Shown: positions 26,099 through 36,679 of the stretch, piece after piece | Numbering within the stretch: position 1 is the first letter of the stretch | How the letters are laid out: the number at the start of each line of letters is the position of its first letter | From: an uncultured Thermoplasmatales archaeon | GTDB taxonomy: Archaea; Thermoplasmatota; SW-10-69-26 | Assembly: GCA_964581775.1 (NCBI GenBank) | Contig: CAZOQA010000002.1 | Location: forward strand, 85,125 to 149,124 | Reading direction: 5' to 3' | DNA: 64,000 nt | Program-made: the position numbers and the translations under genes | Notes under the pieces: model-generated | Told to the model about the DNA's origin: nothing | The model's input: the letters and a program-made list of their open reading frames with translations, nothing else | Databases searched by the model: none

Positions 26099-27006
26099 GC
26101 CTGGCCCAACGCCTGGGCCTTCCCCGCCTGCCAGGGTACGTGCCCGCCGCGTTCGTCGCCACCGCGTTCGCCCTGGGCGTGCACGCCGCGCTCGTGCTCG
26201 AAGCCCTGCGCGGGTCCGGGTACCCCCCCGACGGGCGCGCCCTCGCCACGTGGTCCACCCTGGCCGTGATCCTCGCAAGCCTCCTGCTGCACGCCCCGTT
26301 CGAGCGCGCCGCCTCGCTCGCGCAAAGCGCCCGACGGTCCCTGCAGGACCCCTTCCAGCGCCGAGCCGTCATCCTCGAACCCCATCCCGAAGCGCACGCC
26401 CCCCCGACCGTTCGACGACCCGAACACAACGGTCAACCCCCCGCCCAGCGCTTGTCCGCCCGCATCCACTCCCCCCTGGCCGCAGGGCCCGTGGTCGCCC
26501 CCGACGAGACGCTTCCCGTCACCGTCGAAGCCGAACCCGAACCCCTCACCGAGGCCCTCTCCATCACGTTCGAGGTGCACGGGCCCGAGGCCTCCCGCAC
26601 CGTGCACCGCACCATGGAAGGCACCCGCATCGTGGAAGGCTTCCAGTTCAAACACGCAGGCGGGTTCGAGGTGCACGTGCGCCTTGAACACCCCGACGCG
26701 GACCCGGTCGAGCAGACGCTCAAGGGCCGCGTGGGCCCGTACCGAGAGGAGACCGCGCGCCTGTTCGAAGCCCTCAAAGAGCGCCTGGCCGAGCCCGGGC
26801 TCGACGTAGGACCCCAGTCCACGCCGCGCGAGGTCTGCAACGCGCTGGGCACCATCGACGCCGGCGACCCCGCGAACCTGGCCGACCTCGCCGTCGAGCT
26901 CGAGGTCGCCCTCTACGGGGACGCCCCCGTCGAACGAGCCACGTACGAGACCGTGTACACGGCCATCCAAGGCCTCAGCCTGCCATCCCAGGGGGCCCGC
27001 TCGTGA
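26095..27006 (+). CDS. membrane protein with DUF4129-like C-terminal domain
   Basis: Two N-terminal TM segments. The C-terminal 'STPREVCNAL...LAVELEVALYGDAPV' matches the TPxE...ArYg pattern of DUF4129, which is commonly linked to MoxR/DUF58 loci. Confidence 0.6.
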   Translation: MSLAQRLGLPRLPGYVPAAFVATAFALGVHAALVLEALRGSGYPPDGRALATWSTLAVILASLLLHAPFERAASLAQSARRSLQDPFQRRAVILEPHPEAHAPPTVRRPEHNGQPPAQRLSARIHSPLAAGPVVAPDETLPVTVEAEPEPLTEALSITFEVHGPEASRTVHRTMEGTRIVEGFQFKHAGGFEVHVRLEHPDADPVEQTLKGRVGPYREETARLFEALKERLAEPGLDVGPQSTPREVCNALGTIDAGDPANLADLAVELEVALYGDAPVERATYETVYTAIQGLSLPSQGARS

Positions 27007-27943
27007 AGGACGATGCCCCCCCCGTGGCGCACCTGGGCCTTGCCGCCGTCGCCGGCGTGCTCTTCCTGCTCGGAGGCCAGGCCCGCCTGGGCGACTGGGG
27101 CCAGGTGGCCCTTCGACCGCTGGCCGGGTACGTGATCGCCGCCGTGTCCCTGCACGCGGCCTCCCACTACGTCCCCCACGGCGCGTGGGCGCGGGGGGCC
27201 GCCTGGACCGTGCTCTTGGCCAGCACCCTGCACCTTTCCCCCCTCTTCCGAGCAGAGGTCCTTGCGCCCGTCGCGGTCGCGGGCGTGATCGATCTCCTGC
27301 TGCACCGACGCGCAGGCAAGGCCTCCTGGGGGGCCCCCGCCACGCGCAAGGGCAAGACCGTGGCCGGCGCGGCGACCGTCGCGATGCTGATCCTGCTGGC
27401 CTGGCTGATGCTCGTGGCTCGCGACGCGCTCGTGCTCACCCGGCTGGGCCTCGTCGTCGTGACCGCGTGGGCGCTCGTCGCGACGATCGCGCTTCGACCC
27501 TCGCTGGGGACGCCCAAGCTGTTGCTTGGCGCCGCGGGCGCCTTCAGCGTCGTGTTCTTCCTCCTCGCAGCCCCCGTGCTCCCCTACGGGCCCCTGCTGG
27601 CGTACGTCGCGCTCGTGGCAAGCGTCTCGCTTGCCATCCTCGTCGCGACCCTCCAACGAACGGGGCCCGCACTCGCCAAACACCTTGCACGTCACGAGCA
27701 AACCGTGCGAACCTTGCGCGACCCGCACGTGGCCCCGCTTGCCACGCGCCTGGAGCGCTACCTGGAGACCGGACACGGCGCCTCCACGGTCAGCCACCGC
27801 GTCGAGGCCCTGCTCGGTCGCGACGAGGGCGGCAGCCTCGTGCCCCGCCTCGTCGAAGCCCACGCGACCGGCGAAGCCACGCGAGAGGACCGCATCACGG
27901 TGCTCTCGAGCCTGCTCGGCGAGGACGTCCTGGAGATGGAACC

Positions 27944-27947
<4 letters not shown>
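27003..27947 (+). CDS. polytopic membrane protein (hypothetical)
   Basis: 314 aa with about 6 hydrophobic segments. GTGA overlaps at both ends (27003-27006 and 27944-27947). Confidence 0.6.
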
Positions 27948-28927
<980 letters not shown>

Positions 28928-28937
28928 GGGACCCCCC

Positions 28938-30215
28938 GTGCGCCACACCCCCCTTTCCCGCACCCTGCTCCTGTTCGCCTACCTGCAAGCCGCCCTCGGG
29001 CTCCTCCTCGCAAGCGCCCCCCTGATCATCCTCTCCAGCCTCCTCCTCTTCACCCTCCTCAGCGCCCGCCAAGCCCCCCCCGAGCACGCCAGCGTGGACA
29101 CCCGCCCCGAGCACGAACGCGCCCAACGCTCCACCCCCATCACCGTACACGCCCGCGCCCGCCTGGACCCCGGCCCCCGGCTGGGCCTGCTCCACCAGCC
29201 CCTGCCCGAAACGTTCCTGCTCACCGACGGGTCCAACCTCCTGCTCGCCCACGAAGACACCCTCGAGGAACGCTTCCAGATCGCCGCCCCCCGACGCGGA
29301 CGCTACAAGCTCGAGGCCCCCACGCTCACCCTCGTGCACCCCCTGCTTTTCGCCCCCAGCACCGAGCACGCCCACGGGACCCCGCACGAGGTCACCATCG
29401 AACCCACCTCGCGCCCCCTCACCACGCTCGAAGGCATCCGCGGCCCCGGCACGCCCGAACCCGGCGAAGACCCCGGCTCCAAAGGACCCGCCAGCACCGA
29501 GTTCCGAGAGCTGCGCGACTACCAGCAAGGCGACCCCCTCAAACACGTCAACTGGAAAGCCACCGCCAAACGCAGCCCCCAAGAGCTCGACCTCGTCGTC
29601 AACGAGTACGAACCCGAAGCCCGCAAGAACATCTGGTTCTTCCTCGACCTCCACGACAGCCTCGAGGTCGGCACCACGCTCGACACCGCCCTCGAAGACG
29701 CCATCGAGATGACGCTCGCCCTCGTCCACCACTACGCCACGCGCGGACACCGCGTCGGAGGCACCACCTTCAACGGGCCCGACCCCGACACGTTCTACCC
29801 CGACGCCGGCACGCGCCAACACCTCATCATCGCGAGAACGCTCGCCCACGCCGACCCCGGCCCCCGCCACGAGGGACTCCCCGCCGCCGTCGAACGCGTC
29901 CAAGGCTTCCTGGCCCGCGAGAGACCCCTCACGTTCGTCCTCACCCGCCCCGAAGTCCACACCGACGCCCTCCACACGGGCCTCCAACGCATCCACCGCT
30001 ACGTCTCCACCCGCCAACGGACCACGCCCGTCACCGTGCTCGCCCCCCAACCCCCCCACGCAACGCCCAGCGACCGCCTCGCACACGCCCTCCGAGCCCA
30101 CGAAGCCGACCAAGCCCTCGCGCGACACGCAACGCCCCTCGTCCGCGTGCACCGGCTCACCGACGGCGCCCGCGGCCTCGAACGCGCCCTCGCACAAGGA
30201 GCCATGCAACGATGA
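28938..30215 (+). CDS. DUF58-family protein
   Basis: N-terminal TM pair, then 'FRELRDYQQGDPLKHVNWKATAKR', the characteristic DUF58 block. Immediately downstream of MoxR. Confidence 0.85.
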   Translation: MRHTPLSRTLLLFAYLQAALGLLLASAPLIILSSLLLFTLLSARQAPPEHASVDTRPEHERAQRSTPITVHARARLDPGPRLGLLHQPLPETFLLTDGSNLLLAHEDTLEERFQIAAPRRGRYKLEAPTLTLVHPLLFAPSTEHAHGTPHEVTIEPTSRPLTTLEGIRGPGTPEPGEDPGSKGPASTEFRELRDYQQGDPLKHVNWKATAKRSPQELDLVVNEYEPEARKNIWFFLDLHDSLEVGTTLDTALEDAIEMTLALVHHYATRGHRVGGTTFNGPDPDTFYPDAGTRQHLIIARTLAHADPGPRHEGLPAAVERVQGFLARERPLTFVLTRPEVHTDALHTGLQRIHRYVSTRQRTTPVTVLAPQPPHATPSDRLAHALRAHEADQALARHATPLVRVHRLTDGARGLERALAQGAMQR

Positions 30216-30877
30216 CCCCGACCCGATCGAACCTTCCTCGCCTGGTCCTCGTCGCCACCGCCTCCGGAGCCCTCGCCACCCTCGCCGCCGCCCAAAGCCC
30301 CCTCCTCGCCGCCATCCCCCCCCTCCCGACGCCCTGGGTCCCCCTCGATCTTAGATGGTTCGCGCTACCCCTCGCCTTCGCGCTGACCCAAACCGCCCGC
30401 CCCCTACTCCCCTGGCCGCTGGACGCCACCGCCGTCACCGGTCTCGCCGTCCTCGCAGCCGTGCTCACCCACGCCCACCAAAGCGCCCTCCTCGCCTTCA
30501 TCGGAACACCCTGGGCACGCCCCGGCACGCACGTCCAACTGCTCCCCATGCTCGCCTCCCTGGCAAGCATCCTCGCCGGGGTGTTCATCACGCTCGAGAC
30601 CGCAGGCGCCCGCCTGGCCGCGATCCTTGAACGCCGCGGCTTGAACCCACGAGACCAACAACGAGGCCTCATGGAAAGCCGCCACGTCACCGCCCACACC
30701 CTGACCCTGGCCGCGCTCGGATCCGCCACGCTCCTGATCCTCCTACGCCTCGGCGGGCGCGGACTGGCCGGCACCCGCCTTCCCTACGGCGAGATCGCCG
30801 CCATCGCCCTCGTGCTCCTCCTCGGCGCAGCCTACCTCGGGCTCCAACGATCCCTGACCCGCGACGACGACGCTTGA
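30212..30877 (+). CDS. polytopic membrane protein (hypothetical), last gene of the MoxR operon
   Basis: 221 aa, multiple hydrophobic segments. ATGA overlap with the DUF58 gene. Confidence 0.55.
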   Translation: MTPTRSNLPRLVLVATASGALATLAAAQSPLLAAIPPLPTPWVPLDLRWFALPLAFALTQTARPLLPWPLDATAVTGLAVLAAVLTHAHQSALLAFIGTPWARPGTHVQLLPMLASLASILAGVFITLETAGARLAAILERRGLNPRDQQRGLMESRHVTAHTLTLAALGSATLLILLRLGGRGLAGTRLPYGEIAAIALVLLLGAAYLGLQRSLTRDDDA

Positions 30878-30945
30878 CACGGCTCGACGTTTGTGCCAGA
30901 ACCCTCTTATCCGCGACGCGACAGGGAAGGTCCTGGGTGAACCCC

Positions 30946-31212
30946 ATGTCCGCGTTCAAAACCTGGAAGATCCTCCCCGACGCGTCCGGCTGGATCGTGC
31001 AAAGCCACGACGGCACCGAGTACGAAAGCCGCCACGGGGACAAAGCCATCGCGATCCGGGAAGCCAAGCTTCTCGCCACCGAGACGCGCCCCAGCCAAGT
31101 CGTCATCCACGACGCCGAAGGCTCCGTCACCGCAGCCATCCACTACAACGACCTCGACAACGGCCACGGCCACGACCCCAGCCCCGGCCACGCCTCCTCC
31201 GGCGTCGCCTGA
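30946..31212 (+). CDS. DUF2188-like small protein
   Basis: Start at ATG 30946. 'KTWKILPDASGWIVQSHDG...HGDKAIAIREAKLLA...VVIHDAEGSV' fits the DUF2188 pattern, followed by a His/Gly-rich tail. Confidence 0.55.
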   Translation: MSAFKTWKILPDASGWIVQSHDGTEYESRHGDKAIAIREAKLLATETRPSQVVIHDAEGSVTAAIHYNDLDNGHGHDPSPGHASSGVA

Positions 31213-31552
31213 CCCCCCCCCAGCTCTCCCCTCCGCCCCGCACCCCTACCGGTACGCCTCTTGGAGCAAGGCCACCGTCTCCTCTTGCTCCTCCTCCGGC
31301 ACCTCGCGTGGGATCTCCATTCACGCCCACCCCACGAACGAACGACGTGGAGCGTTCCCCGGACCGCGCTCGGACCTTCTCGAAGCATCACGAACCATCG
31401 ACATCCCTTCCCCCCCTCGTCCCCGCCGCCCCACCAAGGCCTTTCCTTCAGGGACCTCGAAACGTGTGACCCACACCCCACTCCCGGTCCGGGGAAGACG
31501 CTTCGAGAGATGAGAGAAAGCCCCTATCTATGCGCCAACCCTCGTAGCACGC

Positions 31553-31747
31553 ATGAACCGGGAAGCCGCGCACCCCCCCGCAGACGTCTACGAGACGGCC
31601 GGGCACCGCTACCGCGAAGCTGCCCTCTACGTGGCCAGCTTCCAAGCCTACGTGCAACTCCACAAGATGCGCCTCGAAGGCGACCCCCTCGCCGTCGAAC
31701 TCGGCGAAAGCCGCCTCGACGAAGCCGACCGCAAGCTCCTCCGGTGA
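31553..31747 (+). CDS. possible 64-aa helical protein
   Basis: Only plausible ORF in the 790-nt spacer 31213-32004. No motif; weak. Confidence 0.25.
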   Translation: MNREAAHPPADVYETAGHRYREAALYVASFQAYVQLHKMRLEGDPLAVELGESRLDEADRKLLR

Positions 31748-32004
31748 CCGCCTCGCCCCCCGCCGAAGATCCTGACCCCCCAACCACCACGACGCTGTAT
31801 CCAACACGGATCCCAAGACCCCTCCCCCCTCCAAAATCCTCCAAGCGACCCGCTACGAAGATTCGAGAACCCTGAAAGAACCGTTTTGAACGCTCCCCCA
31901 GGATGGCTCCCCCGGACGACATGCCGGAAAGCACCGCCCACGCGCCCGCCCCAAGGCCCCACACGGGACCCCCTGATCGGGAGTCCGCGAGGTGAACAAC
32001 ACGC

Positions 32005-32994
32005 ATGAACAGAGGACGCGCTCTCATCACCTTGATCGCCGTCCTGACCCTCCTTGCCCCCACCGCCGCCTCCACGCACGCCCTGCTCGAGCAACCCTGG
32101 CACACGCAAGAACGCCACGTCGAGTTCGACGGCGAACCCGACCACCGCTTCCAAGCACGCAGCATCCACGACTCCGACGACGGGTTCGACGTGCTCGAAA
32201 CCGCCTTCAACGTGGACGAGACCGCCTACCACGTAAGCTTCCTCCACACAGACCCCGCCACCCCGGACGACGCATCCCCCCTCACCATGACGCTCGACTT
32301 CATCGACCTCGTCCGGTTCCACGACCAACACGACGACGACGCCTTCTCCCCGCCCGCCGACCAGATCCAACACCGAACCCCCCTCGACGACCCTGACGCC
32401 TCCACGCTCACCCTCCACGAACGCGACGACGCACACGAAGCCATCTGGACCTACGAAACCCCCCACGCAACCCTCAACGTCACCTTCCACATCGCGCCCA
32501 CCCAACACACCCACCAAGGCACCCAACACCCCCCCACCCTCACGAACCTCGACATCCGCATCACCGACCACGCCGACGGGACCAACCCCGCCCTCCACAC
32601 CCGCCTGACCACGAACACGACCCTCCAACCCGACGCGAACAACCACGCCGCCGAAGCCCCGCTCCCCCACGACGACCACGGCTTCAAAGGCCTCTACGCC
32701 TGGGAACCCAACCTCACAGGCACCAACCACCAAGCCACGCCCCTCGTCGTCGAGCTCCCCCCCGACGACGACCCCCACCGATCCCACGCCAACATCCTCT
32801 TCGCCTACCCCCCCGGCCAAACCCTGCACCACACCGCCCAAATCGGGGTCGCCCACGACGCCACCCTCCAAGAACGCGTGCTCACCCTCATCGGAGACTG
32901 GTCCCTGTTCAGCCTCGGCATCTTCGGCAGCCTCCTCGTCCTCGGAGCCACGCTCTACCACCGCATCGACCACCCCCTGGCTGACCCACCATGA
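32005..32994 (+). CDS. His-rich acidic secreted protein with C-terminal TM anchor
   Basis: Signal peptide 'ALITLIAVLTLLAPTAAS' and C-terminal 'LFSLGIFGSLLVLGATL'. I count 30 His in 329 aa, mostly in H-x(2-8)-H/D contexts. Confidence 0.6.
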   Translation: MNRGRALITLIAVLTLLAPTAASTHALLEQPWHTQERHVEFDGEPDHRFQARSIHDSDDGFDVLETAFNVDETAYHVSFLHTDPATPDDASPLTMTLDFIDLVRFHDQHDDDAFSPPADQIQHRTPLDDPDASTLTLHERDDAHEAIWTYETPHATLNVTFHIAPTQHTHQGTQHPPTLTNLDIRITDHADGTNPALHTRLTTNTTLQPDANNHAAEAPLPHDDHGFKGLYAWEPNLTGTNHQATPLVVELPPDDDPHRSHANILFAYPPGQTLHHTAQIGVAHDATLQERVLTLIGDWSLFSLGIFGSLLVLGATLYHRIDHPLADPP

Positions 32995-33254
32995 CCGCGA
33001 TCATCGAGAACCTCACAACCGCCGCCCTGCTCGTGTTCGCCCTCGCCCTCACCATCATCGCCGCGCGAGCCTGGCGCCACAGCCGCACCCGCAACGTCGC
33101 CTTCATCAGCCTAGGCTTCGCCCTGTTCCTCAGCAAAGGCCTCCTCCTCGCCGTCGGCCTGTTCACCGTAAGCCCCTGGAACCAGCTCCTCATCCCCAGC
33201 GTCGTCCTCGACCTGCTCATCCTCGCCGTCTTCTACGGCGCCGTCATCGCCTAA
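32991..33254 (+). CDS. small 3-TM membrane protein
   Basis: 87 aa with three hydrophobic segments. ATGA overlap with the His-rich gene. Confidence 0.55.
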   Translation: MTAIIENLTTAALLVFALALTIIAARAWRHSRTRNVAFISLGFALFLSKGLLLAVGLFTVSPWNQLLIPSVVLDLLILAVFYGAVIA

Positions 33255-33277
33255 CCCCCCCCCCCAGGCGGGACAGA

Positions 33278-35257
33278 TCAGGGCTGAACGTCCAGCCACG
33301 CAGCCTTCGACGGGAACACGCCCTCCCCCGCGTCCTCGTTCACGAAGAGCATGTACGCTCCAGGCACCAACGACGCCTGCTCCGGGCTCGGGATCTCGAC
33401 CTCCACCACGCTGGCACCCTGACCCTGATCGACGACGCTCGCGGACACCGTGATCCCCATCTGGTCCGCGGTGAACTGGTGCGTGGCCGACCCAGGCTTC
33501 ATCAGGACCACGCTGTCCAACCCCTCATCCAGGTTCTCCACGGGGACCTCGATCGTGTCCCCGAACGAGGCGGTCAGGTCCACGCTTGCGTCCTCGGCCG
33601 GCGCGTGAGCCGGGTTCCGGGGTCCCAGCTCGGAGACCAGGATCCTGGGACGGTCCTCGTCTTCGTGGTGCAGGTAGGCGGGCTCGTAGATCTCGAACGT
33701 CGTGTCTACGTGCTGGGGGTTCATGTGCGTGCGTTGCGCGTCGTGGAAGGCGGGCAGGGGGACGTGGCCGCCGAGGAGCACGCGCCCGTCGTCGAGGAGG
33801 ACGGCGGAGCTGTGGTAGGCGCGCACGTCCTCCATGCCGGGCAGGCGTTCCCATTCTCCGTCCGTGCCGGTCTCGTCGGGCACGAAGCGTTCCAGGTTGA
33901 GGGGCCCCATCGTGGGCGCGCTGAAGGCCATCACGTTGTCGAAGACGCTGCCGCCGGCCGCGATCACGCTTCCATCGGGCAGGAGCACGCCGTTGGCGGT
34001 CCAGCGGGGGAGATCCATGCTGTCGGTGGGGTGGCTGGTGACGGTGTCTTGGCTTGCGTCGATGATCTCGGCGGTGTCGGTGGCGAGTGTGGATTGGTGC
34101 AGCGTGCCGCCGAAGGAGAGGTACCGGGGTTCGGGGTTTTCTGCGTCCACCATGAGGGGCACGCTGGCGCCGAGGTTGCGCAGGTTGAAGGGGCTGGTTT
34201 CGTGCAGGGTCCAGTGGCCTTCGTCGAGGTCGAGGGTTTGCATGTGCCCGAAGAGGGGTTGGTTGGGGTGGTGCCCGAAGGGGGCCCAGACGTCCCCGTT
34301 GGCGGCGTAGAGGACGTCGCCTTGGTGGGGACCCCCGGGGAGCACGTGCAGGCGGGGGTACATGGGCAGGTTGGGGAGGCCTTGGTGGGTTTCGTCGATG
34401 AAGGCCAGTCCCGTGTTGGGCGTCTGGGGGAGCGTGTTCTGGGGGACGGTGGCGCCGTCGGCGATCTCGAGGCCGATGTCGTCGTGGACGGTCCAGGTTT
34501 CTGTGGTGGGGTCGAAGGTCTCGAGGAGCGTGTTGTACGTGTTGGGGAAGAAGAGGGTTTGGACGCCGCTGGCGACGAGCGCGTCCCCGCTTGGCAGTTG
34601 CAGCGCGCTGGGGTACCAGCGGGGTTGGGCCATGTCGTCGGTTTGGTGCCAGCTGCCGCCTTGGTCGCCGGGGGCGGCGTCCTCGTGCGCGGGGTCGTAG
34701 AGGAGGGTCTGTTCGCCGCCTTTCAGGGGCGTGTAGAGGTTGTTGGGGGGGTCTTCGTCGAGCGTGTGCCAGTGCGTGGCGCCGGGGGCGAGCGCGTTCC
34801 CGTTGCTCATCAGCGTGATGCCGCTGCAGAAGATGTCGGCGGGGCCGCCGTGGCTGGGTGTGGGCGTGCGCACGTCGTACTGGACGTGGTCTTCGGTGAC
34901 GGTGTCGAGGCTCATGACGCGGCTTTCGGCGGGTTTGGGGTGGGCTTGCGAGATGAAGTGCAGGTCCGTGGGCCCGTCTCGGGTCTGGTCGGCTTCGGCT
35001 CCGCTGTAGTAGAGCAGGTCCCCTCCGGGGAGCACGGCGAGGCTGACGGCGGCGACCTCCCCTTCGATGGGGTCGAGGATCTGGCCGATGTCCTCGGGGC
35101 CTCCTTGCGTGGGCAACAGGATGCCGCGCTCTTGGTACTCGTTGTCTTGGACCTGGGGCAGCTCGGTCTCGGGGGTGCCTGCGTGGGCCGCGGCCGAGGA
35201 TACGAGCGCGGGGGCCACGAGCAGGCAGGCCGTGATCAGGATGATGCTTCGCCTCAA
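33278..35257 (-). CDS. copper-radical oxidase (glyoxal/galactose oxidase-like Kelch propeller + DUF1929 C-terminal domain)
   Basis: Signal peptide, 'IFCSGITLMSNG' (the Cys of the Tyr-Cys cofactor context), 'PRWYPSALQLPSGD', 'RAYHSSAVLLDDGRVLLGG', and C-terminal 'PGAYMLFVNEDAGEGVFPSKAAWLDV'. Confidence 0.85.
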   Translation of the reverse strand: MRRSIILITACLLVAPALVSSAAAHAGTPETELPQVQDNEYQERGILLPTQGGPEDIGQILDPIEGEVAAVSLAVLPGGDLLYYSGAEADQTRDGPTDLHFISQAHPKPAESRVMSLDTVTEDHVQYDVRTPTPSHGGPADIFCSGITLMSNGNALAPGATHWHTLDEDPPNNLYTPLKGGEQTLLYDPAHEDAAPGDQGGSWHQTDDMAQPRWYPSALQLPSGDALVASGVQTLFFPNTYNTLLETFDPTTETWTVHDDIGLEIADGATVPQNTLPQTPNTGLAFIDETHQGLPNLPMYPRLHVLPGGPHQGDVLYAANGDVWAPFGHHPNQPLFGHMQTLDLDEGHWTLHETSPFNLRNLGASVPLMVDAENPEPRYLSFGGTLHQSTLATDTAEIIDASQDTVTSHPTDSMDLPRWTANGVLLPDGSVIAAGGSVFDNVMAFSAPTMGPLNLERFVPDETGTDGEWERLPGMEDVRAYHSSAVLLDDGRVLLGGHVPLPAFHDAQRTHMNPQHVDTTFEIYEPAYLHHEDEDRPRILVSELGPRNPAHAPAEDASVDLTASFGDTIEVPVENLDEGLDSVVLMKPGSATHQFTADQMGITVSASVVDQGQGASVVEVEIPSPEQASLVPGAYMLFVNEDAGEGVFPSKAAWLDVQP

Positions 35258-35291
35258 CAGCCTCGCCTCGCCGTGGGAAAGCGTCGCATCT

Positions 35292-35298
35292 TCTTATA
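35292..35298 (-). promoter_or_regulatory. TATA-like TTATAAG (minus strand) about 38 nt upstream of the oxidase ATG 35257
   Basis: cttcTTATAAcc sits in the 44-nt divergent spacer. It is too close to ATG 35302 to serve the plus-strand gene. Confidence 0.4.
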
Positions 35299-35301
35299 AC
35301 C

Positions 35302-36225
35302 ATGTCGGCGCAACCGTGGTCTGATGTACCCGGGCAACGATGCGGGGGCGTGCTCGTTGCAGGGACCACGGCCTGGGATACGATCCTGCGCGTGGACGAC
35401 CTTCCGGGCCCGGACACGGCGCGTCGAGCCAGCACGATCGTGGACGTGCCGGGCGGGTGCGCCGCGAACACGGCGGTCGCGCTGGCCCGCTTTGGCCACG
35501 AGCCGGTGCTCTTGTCCGCGGTCGGAGGGGACTTCGACGAGGTGGGGCTGCGTGAGCATCTGGCCTCGGCGGGGGTCGAGCTGGGGCACGTGCACCACGA
35601 GCCCGACGCGGTCACGGCGCGGGCCGTGTTGACGACGGACGACCGGGGCCGGCAGACCATCGCGTACCAGGAGGGCGCGACGCCGTCGATGACGAGCTTG
35701 GAGCCGGTGGGGGCGAGCATCGGGCACTTCGCTCCGGGCGAGATCACGGCGTACCCGGACCTGATGGCCGCGTGCGAGGCCGTCACGTACGATCCGGGCC
35801 AGGAGACCTTCTACCGCGCCATCGACGAGGTGCTCGCGCCGGTCCCGCTCACGGACGTTTTGCTCGTGAACGAGCACGAGGCCGAGCGCATCGCGGAGGC
35901 GTACGGCGGCGTCGAGCCCCTTCTGGAGGACGTGGGGGCGATCCTGGTCAGCGACGAGAAGGGCCAGCGGTTGCTCACCGAGGACCGGAGCTTGCGCTTG
36001 GATGCGGTCCCTGCGGACCCGGTGGATCTCACGGGCGCGGGGGACGCGTTCGATGCGGGGTTCGTGCACGGGTTGCACGAGGGGTGGCCGCTCGAGGATG
36101 CGGCCTGCTTTGGCAGCGTCGTGGCCGCGTTCGCGATCGAGGCGCTGGGCGCCCAGGAGGGCTTGCCCACGCTGGACGAGGCGATCGCGCGCTTCGAGCA
36201 GGCCTACGGCGAGCAACCGGGGTGA
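35302..36225 (+). CDS. PfkB-family carbohydrate/nucleoside kinase
   Basis: 'VDLTGAGDAFDAGFVHGL' is the PfkB signature 2, on a ribokinase-like fold of suitable length. Alternative GTG start at 35350. Confidence 0.85.
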   Translation: MSAQPWSDVPGQRCGGVLVAGTTAWDTILRVDDLPGPDTARRASTIVDVPGGCAANTAVALARFGHEPVLLSAVGGDFDEVGLREHLASAGVELGHVHHEPDAVTARAVLTTDDRGRQTIAYQEGATPSMTSLEPVGASIGHFAPGEITAYPDLMAACEAVTYDPGQETFYRAIDEVLAPVPLTDVLLVNEHEAERIAEAYGGVEPLLEDVGAILVSDEKGQRLLTEDRSLRLDAVPADPVDLTGAGDAFDAGFVHGLHEGWPLEDAACFGSVVAAFAIEALGAQEGLPTLDEAIARFEQAYGEQPG

Positions 36226-36280
36226 CGCGTGCAAGCGTCGGCTGCGAAAGTACAAAGCCCCGTGCACGCGTGAGGCCCGC

Positions 36281-36550
36281 ATGGAGAAGGTCCTGTTCGA
36301 AAGCGAGGAGCGGGCCACGCGCGACCGCGTGGCGTCGTTCCTTCGCGAGCTTGCCGACAAGATCGAGGCGAACCAGCTCGTGCTCAAGACCGACCGGGAC
36401 GAGGTGCCCGTGGACGTGCCGAGCTCGGTCACGTTGGAGGTCAAGCTGGAGGAGGAGATCGAGGACGGGGACACGGAGCACAGCTTGGAGGTCGAGCTCG
36501 AGTGGGGCCCCGGCGGCGAGGAGGGCCGGGGCGCGATCGAGCTGGGATGA
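36281..36550 (+). CDS. amphi-Trp domain protein
   Basis: 89 aa. 'VLFESEERATRDRVASFLRELADKI...SLEVELEW' matches the amphi-Trp domain layout known from archaea. Confidence 0.6.
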   Translation: MEKVLFESEERATRDRVASFLRELADKIEANQLVLKTDRDEVPVDVPSSVTLEVKLEEEIEDGDTEHSLEVELEWGPGGEEGRGAIELG

Positions 36551-36679
36551 GGCGCTCGGCCGCTCTGGGGGACACCTTTATCAGGGAAACGGCCTCACAC
36601 GGGCACGAGGAGCCGCCCGGTCGACAGCGGTGAGGGCTTCCTCCACGCGCAAGCGGGGCTTTCCTCGAGAGGGATACAC

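Noticed and set aside
31246-31320. A 24-aa acidic mini-ORF (MEIPREVPEEEQEETVALLQEAYR) on the minus strand in the 31213-31552 spacer
   Set aside because: It is too short to support without expression or conservation data, and there are no promoter-like signals.
33479-35786. Long alternative-frame ORFs (606 aa plus-strand, 753 aa minus-strand) overlapping the copper-radical oxidase gene
   Set aside because: Their composition is Arg/Pro/Gly-rich and not protein-like. The oxidase frame has clear family motifs and a signal peptide.
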